Source: Piromyces finnis finn (taxonomy: Eukaryota > Fungi > Neocallimastigomycota). Taken from it: 64,000 nt of DNA. This document shows positions 48,801-59,713 of the stretch, in pieces (the first letter of the stretch is position 1; every line of letters starts with the position of its first letter). Where the stretch lies: the NCBI GenBank assembly GCA_002104945.1, contig MCFH01000040.1:248001-312000 (forward strand), read 5' to 3'. Position numbers and translations under genes: made by a program. The notes below the pieces were generated by a model. That model was not told where the DNA came from, made no database searches, and saw only the letters and a program-made list of their open reading frames with translations.

Positions 48801-50475
48801 TAGAGCTGGAAAGAAATCCGGTAAGCCTGATATCCTGTCTCGTAGAAGTGACCATGTAGAGAATAATATTAATTCTGATGTTTCTTGTCTTACTATTTCG
48901 TTTCATCATAGCGATAACAAACCGTTAATCGATTCTATTTTATTAGAACTTAAAAATGACGATTTGTATAATTCTATTGTCCAATTTAAAATGAATGGTT
49001 CTGCATGTAATGCACCTATTAAAAATATTGATAAAGTTATTATTGATAACGAAGGATTTTTGTTATATAATAATCTTATTTATGTTCCTAAATCTCTTAG
49101 GACAAGAGTTTTGGAACTTCATCATGATTCTGTTGCTGCTGGTCATTTCGGTATTAAGAAAACCACTGAACTGATTTCCAGAAACTTTTGGTGGCCAAGG
49201 TTTCATTCAGACGTTAAATCTTTTATCAAATCTTGCGTGACTTGTTGCAAATCCAAAGTCCCCAGACATAAGCCTTATGGATTGTTATCCCCTTTGGACA
49301 CTCCCAGTAGGCCCTGGTCTGATATTTCTATTGATTTTATTGTTGATCTTCCTAAGTCCAGAGATATGACAACTCTCATGGTTGTTGTCGATAGATTTAC
49401 TAAATTTGCTCACGCCATTCCTTTACGTTGTCTTCCTACTGCTTCAATTGCTGCTGATGCTTTTATTGCCAATGTCTTCCGTTTGCATGGTCTTCCTAAT
49501 TCCATTATTTCTGATAGAGGCTCGCAATTTACTTCTGATTTCTGGTCAAGACTTTGTGACCTTCTTAATATCAATCATTCATTGTCAACTGCTAACCATC
49601 CGCAGACAGATGGTCAAACGGAGAGGGTGAACGGCATATTAGAACAATATTTCCGTTGTTTTATCAATAAAAAGCAGAATAACTGGGTTGATCTTATCCC
49701 GTTTGCTGAATTTGCTTATAATAATACTTTACAGCAATCTATAAATCAATCCCCATTCTTTGCTAATTATGGTTTTCATCCAAAGTTCAGCTTGGAAATC
49801 CCGGCTAATGATAGACCTAGTAGAGCTGAACAAAGAGTAATTGATATGAGTGAAAACTTTAAATTATTAAAAGGAAACTTAGAAAAAGCAAAAGAAACAT
49901 ATAAGAAATATGCCGATATGAAAAGAATGAGTCCCCCGGAATTTGAAGTGGGAAAGAAGGTATGGTTATTGAAAGATTCTCCGAGAACTAACTTGAAGAA
50001 GAAATTAGCACCTCAAATGCTTGGTCCATTTGAAATAATTGAAAAAGTTAGTTCTCTCGCTTTTAAATTGAAACTCCCAAAGACAATGAGATGTCATCCA
50101 GTCTTTCATGTCTCATTGTTAGAACCATACTTTGAAAACGAGTTTATAGATAGGTCTAATAGTAGGAAAAGAAATATTCATCTTAGCACAGATTTAATTG
50201 AAAAAATTCCAGAAAAAATTGAGAAGATGAAATCTGTTAATGGTGAGACATTTTATAAGTTATCGTGGAAAGGATTTGACAAATCCACTTGGGTTTCTGA
50301 AGATCAGATCCCGGACAAACAATTAATACAAGAGTTCGAAAGAAACTCTAAAAAGTCAAAACATAAGTTGAATGACTCCTCCATGAGAATAAGAAAGAAT
50401 AAAGGTGGTAATCTAATCAAGCACAGATACCAACCATTTGTAATTGAAATTCCTTCGAGAAAAGATTCCTTATAA
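45886..50475 (+). CDS. Intact Gag-Pol of B2 (1529 aa from TTG; first ATG at 45928)
   Basis: CFLCKQPGHLKFNC, LIDSGSELN, YIDD, ETDAS, HHDS..CVTC, DDE, degenerate chromodomain and HRYQPFVIEIP tail. Confidence 0.96.
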   Translation: MEDLISEFENLNLEMGDRTVGVSGNSGNIINAPPIFSGKQRELDGFLTRVELVFRTRPTLYNTDRVKVDFVISYFSGKPLEWASVLMKNNSGVLNHYDEFVDRLKANFGSYRYDTVVANGKLDNLRQRKLGQVLDYITEFQRISQNSSFNDSAKIYMFLKGLLPPLREKLAFIESNPTSIEQLISSTILVEDMMKRNSLSEFYFNGRRANDPMDVDVFRISRENKRKRYVNIQGSSKNYNENIDNFEEEKKKGLCFLCKQPGHLKFNCPNRVKPRKVLRIVKERTPKIVNPKIYKVGVKGVKSDLNLVDFYLSTNEVSEVKIKVLIDSGSELNFINPSLAEELGINLEKVEPFRVSGVSDGVVSVWERTEKCMLRCKNHFEVIQLYGLQVPGVDVILGLPWIKKHNPNAFYDSKKIAFSSGYCARHCNKGKRKRKSRKKSKNDQLDHDVLDRSLTKKPKVDPSVPNHEEKEYVKGRLVRTINDEDDSDDEYISFNKKVKCIVTKINETCNNDNESCSNNNNEKNINKDKLVAVPTQYLEFSEVFNEKNCEVLPPHRPYDCEIKLKDDSTLFYGPLYPLTEVEREELKKYIDENLNKGFIRKSSSPAGAPILFVKKKDGSLRLCIDYRRLNNITIRNSYPLPLISDLLDRVKNAKIFTKLDLKSAYNLVRIKEGDEYKTAFRTRYGHFEYLVMPFGLKNAPATFQHFINDVLSDYLDDFVISYIDDILIYSNNIEEHHEHVKKVLKKLLENNLYVKLEKCEFDVEKTTFLGYVISKDGLQMDENKVKAILDWPVPKNVKEVQSFIGLCNYYRIFIKDFAKIANPLHKLTRKNVAFNWVKEDQDAFILLKSLFTSAPILKHADSNKQFIVETDASNYAVGAILSQEFDGKLHPIAFLSKSLTSCQRNYPIYDKELLAIVVALEEWRHYLEGARHPFIIYTDHKNLTFPRKPEMLSQRQIRWNLFLSRFDFKLIYRAGKKSGKPDILSRRSDHVENNINSDVSCLTISFHHSDNKPLIDSILLELKNDDLYNSIVQFKMNGSACNAPIKNIDKVIIDNEGFLLYNNLIYVPKSLRTRVLELHHDSVAAGHFGIKKTTELISRNFWWPRFHSDVKSFIKSCVTCCKSKVPRHKPYGLLSPLDTPSRPWSDISIDFIVDLPKSRDMTTLMVVVDRFTKFAHAIPLRCLPTASIAADAFIANVFRLHGLPNSIISDRGSQFTSDFWSRLCDLLNINHSLSTANHPQTDGQTERVNGILEQYFRCFINKKQNNWVDLIPFAEFAYNNTLQQSINQSPFFANYGFHPKFSLEIPANDRPSRAEQRVIDMSENFKLLKGNLEKAKETYKKYADMKRMSPPEFEVGKKVWLLKDSPRTNLKKKLAPQMLGPFEIIEKVSSLAFKLKLPKTMRCHPVFHVSLLEPYFENEFIDRSNSRKRNIHLSTDLIEKIPEKIEKMKSVNGETFYKLSWKGFDKSTWVSEDQIPDKQLIQEFERNSKKSKHKLNDSSMRIRKNKGGNLIKHRYQPFVIEIPSRKDSL

Positions 50476-51837
50476 ATTAATCTCGCAGGAGCTCGACTTA
50501 GAGAGAGAGATTGTAAAGACATCAAACGCCTCTGTTTGATATCTTTAATGTAACTTAAGCCACAAGTATTATTGTTTAAGTTACACAAATTATATTCAGA
50601 AAAAGAAAATGAGACATAATTTATTTATTAATAATTAAAGTTTAAAACAAAATAAATTATTAATTTATTTTTAATGTTTAACAAGTAAATTAATATTCTC
50701 AATTTAAATCCCTAGTTTTAGTATTGTTTTTTTTATAGAAATAGATAAATAATAAATGATTAATATATCAATAATACATGGGCACATATTCAAATTAAAT
50801 AGTACTTAATTTGAATTGCCAATTGTATTTTACTAAAAATAGTTATAGTTTAAATATTTATTAATAATTAAGATTTTAGTGTAGATTTTAAATAATAATA
50901 TATAAGAAATAAATAGTTATAATATAATATAAATGTATTTAGGAAAAATATAAATAGAAGATATTTTTCATCATTTTATCGATGTAATTGTTATTAATAA
51001 AATTTCTATTATAATAAAAGATATTTTTAATAAAACAATTTTTTATTTTATTTTAAATTTTGTGTTATTGTAATAGAATAGATATCCTAATCTATTCTTT
51101 CTGTGTCAGCATTACATTTACTGACAAATTATTTTACAAAAATAGTATACATTAAATTAGTTAAATTTATCTAGTAAAAATTTTAATCATAAATAATTTA
51201 AGTTTAGAGGGGAATGTTATAATATCATAACTTAATAAACTTTAATTATTAATGATTATTAATAATTAGTAATAATTAGTAATTCACATGTTCTAAGAAT
51301 ATTCATGTACATTATTATTAGTAATAGATTAAGCCACATATTATAGTATAAATTTATTGAATTTTGTATTAATTAATTACTTGTAATTACCTATTTAAAT
51401 TTATTATAAATAAACTTTATTAACAAAATCAACCCTAAATTAACAATTATATTTTTATATTAAATCATGTTAAAATGATATTATTACTTCTTTTTCATTT
51501 TTTATTTTTTGTTTTAATTCCTATTACAATATTAAAAACATTCTCCTTAATATTCTTTTTATGATATTTTTTATTGTTAAATGTATTTACTTTAAATATA
51601 ATTGGTTTTATTTATAATTTATAACAAATTTATTTTGATAATATTCATCTAATGCTTATTAATAATTATTAAAATATAAATAGACCAACCTTTTTACTAT
51701 TCATAATTTAAAAACTTTATACTAAATTTAATAATAAAAAAAATATAAATAATATCAAATATTATAAATAATTAAAAAGTCTTAAAAAAACTCTATTTTT
51801 TTTTAAATTTAGTATAAAAAAAGTTATATATTTAATA

Positions 51838-52317
51838 ATGCGTTTTTCTCTTGTTTGTGGTACTATTATTTCTTTATCTTTAAAGGCTCTTGCTTTACCA
51901 GTTTTAGATGAAAAACCAGTTGTCCTAGTAATTCCATCAACTAAAACTTTAGCCCCAAAAATTTTACCAGTTGTACCAGAAATCCCAGCTCCAAAAACTT
52001 TATCAGAAGCTCCAATTGTTCCAGAAGTTCCAGAAACTCCAGTTGTCCCAACTAGTAAAACTTTACCAGTTAAAACTTTACCAACTATTATTAATGATTT
52101 AATTGCTAAAGAAGGTACTGGAATTCAAAATATTCTAGAAATTCCAGCTCCAAAAGCTTTACCAGAAGCTCCAAAAGTTCCAATTGTTCCAGAAACTCCA
52201 GAAGCACCAGCTGCTTCCATTTCCCCAATTACTAAAACTGTTATTATCAAAACTACAAAGACCTTACCTGTCATTAAAACTACTAAAACTTTATCAATTA
52301 TAATTGAAACTAACTAA
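51838..52317 (+). CDS. Putative secreted Pro/Glu/Thr-rich repetitive protein (159 aa)
   Basis: Signal-peptide-like N-terminus (MRFSLVCGTIISLSLKALA|LP), duplicated EIPAPKxLxEAPxVP motif, coding-like codon bias against the AT background. Confidence 0.75.
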   Translation: MRFSLVCGTIISLSLKALALPVLDEKPVVLVIPSTKTLAPKILPVVPEIPAPKTLSEAPIVPEVPETPVVPTSKTLPVKTLPTIINDLIAKEGTGIQNILEIPAPKALPEAPKVPIVPETPEAPAASISPITKTVIIKTTKTLPVIKTTKTLSIIIETN

Positions 52318-53711
52318 ATAAAACAATGCTATTAAAAAAATATAGATATATAAATAATAAATAAGAATTATAGTTTTTTAAATATAAAATGTTAGTTATA
52401 TAAAAACACTAGTAATAAATGTATGCTAACTAAATTTAGTAGTATTAATATTATAAACATAAGCATTAGAAAATAATTTTAATACAATTTATTTTATAAT
52501 AGAGTTTAATAGTAATTAGAATTTATATTTTAATTAAATCCCTAGTTAATCTTATCATTATAAAGTGTTGTGAAAAAATGAAGTTCATAATTAGTTTTTG
52601 TGTAAAATACAATTTCAATGACGTCATAGTCGGTATACTTTATAAAATATTTATAACACATTCATTCATACATTATTAATGCCATTATATTTGTATTTAT
52701 TATATATTTATTTTATTTTTATTTAATATGCATTTTATATTTTTTTTATGTTTATTTTTATTCTTATATATATTATTTTTATTTCATATTTATTATATAT
52801 ATATTTTTATGTTTATTTTTATTTTTATCCTTTTTATATAAATATTTTAAAATATATATACTTTAGTTAAATATATATATATATATATATTTATTACAGG
52901 AGTTACTGTTATTATTATTTATTTTATCACTGTTTTCATTATTATTTTGTCACGAATACTAGTGAAATTACAATTTCAAGATCACTTGGAATTGTGAAAT
53001 CACTTATGAAAATTCAAAATCAACAAACAGTTTATTTTCAAATAAATTATAAAATTTTATTAAGAAATATTTAAAAATTTAGGAAAGGTTAAAATATGAC
53101 CTTAACCCTTAATAATTTTTATAATAAATAACTTTAACCCTTATCGTTAAAATGGAATAAGAAAAAACACGCGTATCTCCTCTGGTTATAATTACGTTCG
53201 TTAGAAAGCCACGCTCGAGACAAACAACATATCTTAAAATCAGGTCAATATCTCTGCTGGTTCACGAGATATTCCAATTTAAAGATATTTTGTTAGCAAT
53301 GATTAATTGTTTATTCAGAGAATGATCACCCCTGATATATCAAACATAAATCATTCACTCAAAGTATAAAAATTATTGTTTAATTAAATCAAAATTATTT
53401 TCCGGAACTAATTAACTTTATTTTATAATAATTATTTCAATAACATAATTTATAATCTTTGAACTAGAGGATTATAATTATTAATATTATATTCAATGAA
53501 TTATATTATAATTAAGAAATAATTAATATTATGAATATTATAAACAATAGTTATTTTTTAATAATTAGGAATAAGTCTTAAGTTTAGTTTAAGTATTATA
53601 AAATATATTATGAATATAATCATGTATTGAAAAGTTATTTTATTATTAAATGTAAAATTACAAATAGTATAAATAGTTTAGAATAGTTATGAAATTAAAA
53701 TCTTTGTAAAG

Positions 53712-53809
53712 ATTATTAACTATAAATTATTAACTATAAATTATTAACTATGAATTATTAACTATGAATTATTAGCTATAGATTATTAACTAGAAATTAT
53801 TAACTATTA
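53712..53809. repeat. 14-bp minisatellite, 7 copies
   Basis: attattaactat(a/g)a repeated. Confidence 0.9.
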
Positions 53810-54107
53810 ATAATAATTAATACTTAATGAGTATTACTACTAAATAATCTTATTATTATATTTTAGCAATATATTATTAAATAAAATAAAAGAAATTATT
53901 TTAACCATAATATATAATTTAATTATTCATTTATAAATCAATTAAGATTATTTTAATAAAACATTTTTTTTTCTAACCTAGTTATCTTTTAACCTTTTAT
54001 TTAATTTGATATTTTAATATTAAATTATAAGTTTAGTAAAACTTTTACATATTTTTATTATTTGGTTATATTTAAATGTATATAAATATACCTTTTAAAT
54101 TAAAAAA

Positions 54108-54664
54108 GTCGTTCCAGTTTTTATCCTGGTTGTTAAGGCGTTTCCTTAGCATACATAAGGCTTCTGGTTCGACCCCGCAGATGTCAGTGCCTGTGGATTT
54201 TCCCACTGGGTTTGCCATGGGTTGGGTTATGATATTCAGGTAAGTATAAATGAACTTTCTAATTTACTACTATGATAATAACACTCGTCTAGCCGGCCTG
54301 AGAGGGTCTAGTGTACATGGTACATTCCAAATTAGAACTTAATAAGTGGTGACTTAGGCTATGCCAAAAACACATAATATTCCTTAATCAATTTAAGTGT
54401 AAACATTAGGGGGCGGTTGACACGTGATCAAATTGACTATAAGAGGCTTAGCATTGTAGTTGTGAAATATCGTACAACGACATGCATCTAATGTACATGG
54501 ATTAAGTGAGCGTCGAAGCTGAAGAAACAGTATGACAGACCAGGAGGGTCACAACCACCTAGCAATAGGAATGAGCCAACGTTTCTCTAAGAACCACCAT
54601 TGGAGCTAACTCTGATCGATGGGAGAAATGCACTCGGAAGTTAAAAAAAAAATAAAAAAAAAAA
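54108..54664 (+). mobile_element. Putative tRNA-derived SINE
   Basis: GC-rich island with B box ggttcgacccc (54166-54176), upstream A-box-like tatcctggtt, A-rich tail 54643-54664 and a 14-bp TSD tttaaattaaaaaa (54094-54107; 54665-54678). Confidence 0.75.
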
Positions 54665-55102
54665 TTTAAATTAAAAAAATACCTCATTTTACTATTTTTC
54701 AAAAAAAATCAGTTTCAATAAATATTATTAATTATTAACATTTTTATATTATTTTATAGTTGAGTTGGTATTTAAAATATTTTACAATTTTTAACTTGAG
54801 GAAATAATAATAATCTATTTTGAAAATAAATGTAAGAAAGTAGTTGGTTATTTTTAAATTTTATATATTCCTTATAAAATATTAAGGAAGTTAATTTAAA
54901 ATTATTTTAATATTGGCCGCTTTCTTGCTTTCGAATATCATTTTTGCATTTACTTTTTTTCATACATTTATATATTATATTAATAAAGCCAAAAAGTAAG
55001 CTTAATCCAAATACAACAAGTATAAAAAGTCGAATATAGAAATGAATATCCATTTTTTTTTATATTACTTTAATATATTCCTACAAAATAAATACATAAA
55101 AA

Positions 55103-55137
<35 letters not shown>

Positions 55138-55438
55138 TTATTTTATTTTATTTTATTTTATTTTATTTATTACCTTTACGAAAAAATTTATATGCTTGTT
55201 ATTTAAATTTACTCAAACTATATATTATAATTTTTAAGATTAAATATTCTAAAAATTTAAGAAAAATAAAGCTATTTTTATATAAAATAATTAATATACC
55301 TAATGTTCTATTAATGCCTAAATAAATAAAATAATAAATAAGTAATATAATTAAATAAATAAACGTAATATTTAAGTATAATACAATATATATTTTAATT
55401 GTTTTAAATTTTTTTTTAAAAGAAATTAAGTTTTCAAT

Positions 55439-55474
55439 AGCAGCGTAGCGCAGTGGAAGCGTGGTGGGTTCATA
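55439..55474 (+). tRNA. 5' half of initiator tRNA-Met (CAT); no 3' half nearby
   Basis: AGCAGCG-TA-GCGC-AGTGGAA-GCGT-G-GTGGG-TT-CAT-A closely follows eukaryotic tRNAi-Met (A1, short D loop) and stops at position 37. Confidence 0.7.
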
Positions 55475-56270
55475 TATATTAAATATAGATATAATAATTT
55501 TTTTAAAATATATAAAAGTAAATAATTATTTAATATATAATAAGTTATATTTTATTTAATTTATTTTAACCAATTATAGTATATTTTCAAATCTTTTTTT
55601 TTAAAAAAAAAGAAAATAGATTTTTCCTTTTTTCTTTTCTTTTTCTTTTTTTCTTTTTTTTTAAAAAAAAAAAAATAAATATATATATATATATGGGTTT
55701 AATTTCTAATAGTATTCTTATTTTGTTTATAAAATTAAAAGTATATATTATGAAACATTTATTTATATAATAAAAATGAAATAACATATAATAAAAATAT
55801 AATAGTTATATAACTAAATTTGAATATATATATTAAAGAATAATAAATAAATAAAAAAAAAGAATCGTAAAAAAAAATATATATATAATAATAATAATAA
55901 TAAAGTAATAAATAAAAATTCATTAAGTATTCATATTAATATTTAGAAACTAATTACTTTTATTATTTCAAATAATTTTTATTTTATTATTAATAACTAA
56001 TATATATAAATATATGTTATCTATACATTATCAAAAAATTATTATATTTTATTTTTTTGTAATGAATTCAAAAAAAAATATTTAAATTCAAAGGTAGTTA
56101 GAAACGACTCATTCAAAGATAAAATCTTTTAAAAAAAAAAAGGGGGGGAAAACTAAGTAAAAGAATTAATTATTTTGAATTATACAAGTTTGTTAGTAAA
56201 AATGACTTCTTATTATTTCTATTAGGAATTATATTTTCTCTATTATTTAGTTTTTTTTTTTACCTCTTAG

Positions 56271-57887
56271 GATAAATAGTCTCGGTGATATATTAAGTGT
56301 ATTTTATGATTTGGTATTTAATATGCTTTTAAAAAAAATTACCAAAATTGAAGATGATAATATACTTAAACAGTTTTATGATATAATGTATTTAAATGAG
56401 ACTAATTCATTAGAAAACTTTACGAAGCAATATCCAAAAATAAATATAAATGAAACTTTTAATAGTGATATTTTTATAATCATAATCTTTGTTGTTCTTA
56501 CTTTAACAGAAATAGTGGATTTTAAAAGTCGTAAAGAAATATGGAAAAATATTTATAAATACTTAATTACATATTTAATTATTGGGTTATTATCTTTCAT
56601 TACGGTAGCAATATCTAGAACTAGTTTAGCTATCTTTTCATCAAGACAGGGTATAAAAATTCGTACTTTAACATTTAAATCAGCTATAAGCCAAGATATT
56701 GTTTGACATGAATCTAATAATACAGGGAATTTAATATCAAGATTAATTGGTGATATTTCTTTAGTAGAATCAGGTATAGGAAATACCCTAAATGATTTGA
56801 TAGTAGATACTGTTACTTTTATCACCTGCTATTACTTAGCATTTAGTAATAGTTGGCATTTATCACTCAGAATAGGTATTGTAATTCCAATTATAATTAT
56901 TATATTCAGTTTATTAGCTGTATTTCTGGTTAAATATACCATAAAAAGTAGAAATTTGCATGCGTCAGCTGCTAATGTTGCGTTAGAAGTGATAACTAAA
57001 ATTAAAATAGTATCAGCGTTTGGTATTGAAAAAAATGAAATTAAACGATATAAAAAGTATATTAAAACTGCAAGAAAGTTTGATTTAATTTCAACCATTC
57101 TTATAACATTTTTAATAGGATCAATTTCTTTTATTGTTTATTTTTCATATTTTATTTTATTTAAATATGGTACTTTATATATATATAAAGGAATATTAAC
57201 AGGTTCACAGGTTTATAAAATATTTTTAAGTATCACTTCAGGAACGGCAGGACTTATGCGTTTAACATCAACAATCAGTAGTATGGCTGAATCTACAGCT
57301 GCAGCAAATACAATTTTTAATATCATAGATACAAAGCCAGAAATCTATAACGAAAAAGAAGGAATAATAAAAGATGATTTAAAAGGAAATATTGAATTTA
57401 AGAATGTTTCTTTTTCCTATCCAAATAGGAAAGAAGTTAACGTTTTAAATAATATTTCTTTTACTTGTAAAGAAGAACAAACTATTGGTATAGTCGGAAG
57501 TTCAGGTTCAGGTAAATCTACTATTTTACAATTAATTGAACGTTTCTATAATAAATGTGATGGTGAAATACTTTTGGATGGAATTCCTATAGAACACATA
57601 CAATATACCTTGGCTAAGGTCGCAATTAGGCATCGTTTCTCAAACTCTGATTTTATTCAAAGGAACTATTTATGAAAATATTAATCCTCTAAATAAACAA
57701 GTTGATATGGGACAAATTAAGGAAGCTTAACAATTTTATTGAATCCCTTCCAGACGGATATGACACAAATATAAGTGAACAAGGTTTAAATATTAGCGAA
57801 GGTCAAAAACAAAGATTATGCATTTCAAGAGCTATTTTAAAAAATCCAAAAATATTATTGCTAGATGAAGCAACGTCGTCTTTGTAA
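56271..57887 (+). pseudogene. ABCB/MDR-type ABC transporter, TMD plus NBD, disrupted
   Basis: TMD (QGIKIR..AISQDI), Walker A GSSGSGKST, degenerate signature NISEGQKQR, Walker [10 protein letters not shown]; frameshifts near 56700, 57595 and 57725; exon starts after ..ctcttag at 56270. Confidence 0.8.
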
Positions 57888-59713
57888 GTATTACAATTTA
57901 ATTTATATATAATATATATTGTAATAATAAAAATAAAAATCTTATTAAAATAAGTTGAATAATAAAAACGATAATAAGGAAAAAAAAAAATATTAATTCC
58001 AATATTTTAAAATTTATAATTAATATTAGAGATAATAATTCAGAATACCTATTGTATTTTTTATATAAAACTAAAAAAAATATTAATAATATATATTTTA
58101 TTGAGATATAACATTTTTTTAAAAAGTATTTTTGTTTTATCAAAAGTGAACAACCTCATTTTCTATTTTATTAATATATTTATGTTTGTTATAATTAACT
58201 ATGAAATAAAAAAATAATAAATATATTATTTTTTTTATTTTACCAAAAAGTGAGATAATAAATATATTATTATCTCACTTTTTTTTTTTTTTCAAAATGT
58301 ATATTTCTATATTTTTTGGATTGTTGTTATTTTATTATACATAATCATAACATTTTAAAAACATTGGGTTGATTGAAAATAACTTGGTAATTAATTTTAA
58401 TTTGTGTAACAATTGATATAAAATTATTTTTAAAGTTATAAAGATTTTTTAGGTAATTTTTATTTCAAAAATTTAAAACTTTAATTTTTATAATTACTCA
58501 CTAGATTAAAATTTAATTTTAGACAACAGGTTTTTTTTTTTTTCTTTTTCTTTTTTGTATTCTAGTAGAAAAAAACCTAATCAACAACAACAAAAAAAAA
58601 TATATATATAACTAAATTATGTGATAATCTCAACATAATATAATATAAACAATCAAACAAACAAAAAAGTAAAGTTATTTATGAAAAATTATATATTATA
58701 AAAAAAAAAAAAAATTAAATTTTAATTGATGGTATTTTTTTAAAAGTGAAAAAAAAAAAAAAAGTCTTATATATATATTTATAATATTTATTTATGTAAT
58801 ATAAAATGTTAATGTTTATAAAAGTTTTAAAATTAAAATATCATAAAAAATAACTGATGAGTAATATCTATATAATATATTAAAACATTACAAATTATTA
58901 CTTTCTTTTTATTATAATTATTGTTATTGTGTTATTATCATTATTAATCCACATTTATTCTATCCTATTTATTATATTAACATGATATTTTGTTTTATAA
59001 CACTCTATATATAACCATTGTAATATCAATGTAAATAAATACATAAATTTCATAACCTATTTTACACGAAATTTTTATTATATATTCAAGTGTTATATAA
59101 AAAAATATAATATCTCTTTTCTTGTTATTATTATTGTTTTTTTTTTTTTTTTTTTTAATTTTGTACATAATGTATTTGTTATTCTATATATAAGATTATA
59201 TCATTTGTTTATAAACTATAGATAATGACTTACTAATTAAAATTATTTTCCTATTATAAATTTTAATTTCATTAAATAATTTTTAAGCAGTAATTAAATA
59301 AATATCGATTTAAAATATCTATTTATTTACTTTTAGTATTAATGTTTGTTAATTAGATATATTCATATATATATTTTTTTTCTTATATATAATTTATTAA
59401 TTTATTTAATTTGAAATACCCTTTATACTTTTAAATATTTTCCTACAATTTAGCGTTTAATATTTTAATTCATTTACTTCTATATTATGTATATATATTA
59501 TATTAATTACTAAATATTGTTTTTATTTTATTCCTTTGTTATAGTTAATATATTATTAATAAATAATAATTATTTAAAAAAAATAAAAGAATGTATAAAT
59601 AAGATTTTTATACTTATACATATATTCTTTTTTATCCTTTTGGATAATCTATAAATTTTAAAATATTATTATGCAATGAAATGAAATGTGTTATCCTGGT
59701 ATTATGTGTTTAA

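Larger units (their letters stand above)
44786..51116 (+). mobile_element. Full-length, very recent Ty3/gypsy B2 (LTRs 44786-45390 and 50512-51116; TSD TTTAC)
   Basis: Both LTRs are 605 bp and appear identical by eye; tttac at 44781-44785 and 51117-51121; PBS 45391-45401. Confidence 0.97.
39666..51445 (+). mobile_element. Ty1/copia element A (LTRs 39666-39896 and 51215-51445; TSD ATTAT), interrupted by gypsy B2
   Basis: Matching LTRs, PPT agaggggaa 51206-51214, attat on both flanks. Confidence 0.95.

Noticed and set aside
219-50588. Many 60-130 aa ORFs overlapping or antisense to gag-pol
   Set aside because: Shadow frames of coding DNA with no independent motifs.
53102-53360. TTAACCCT (piggyBac-like end) twice, followed by a GC-richer stretch
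   Set aside because: No matching opposite terminus and no convincing transposase translation.
54555-54640. Hammerhead-like ctgatcga..gaaa near the SINE 3' end
   Set aside because: The core is not CUGANGA and the required stems cannot be formed.
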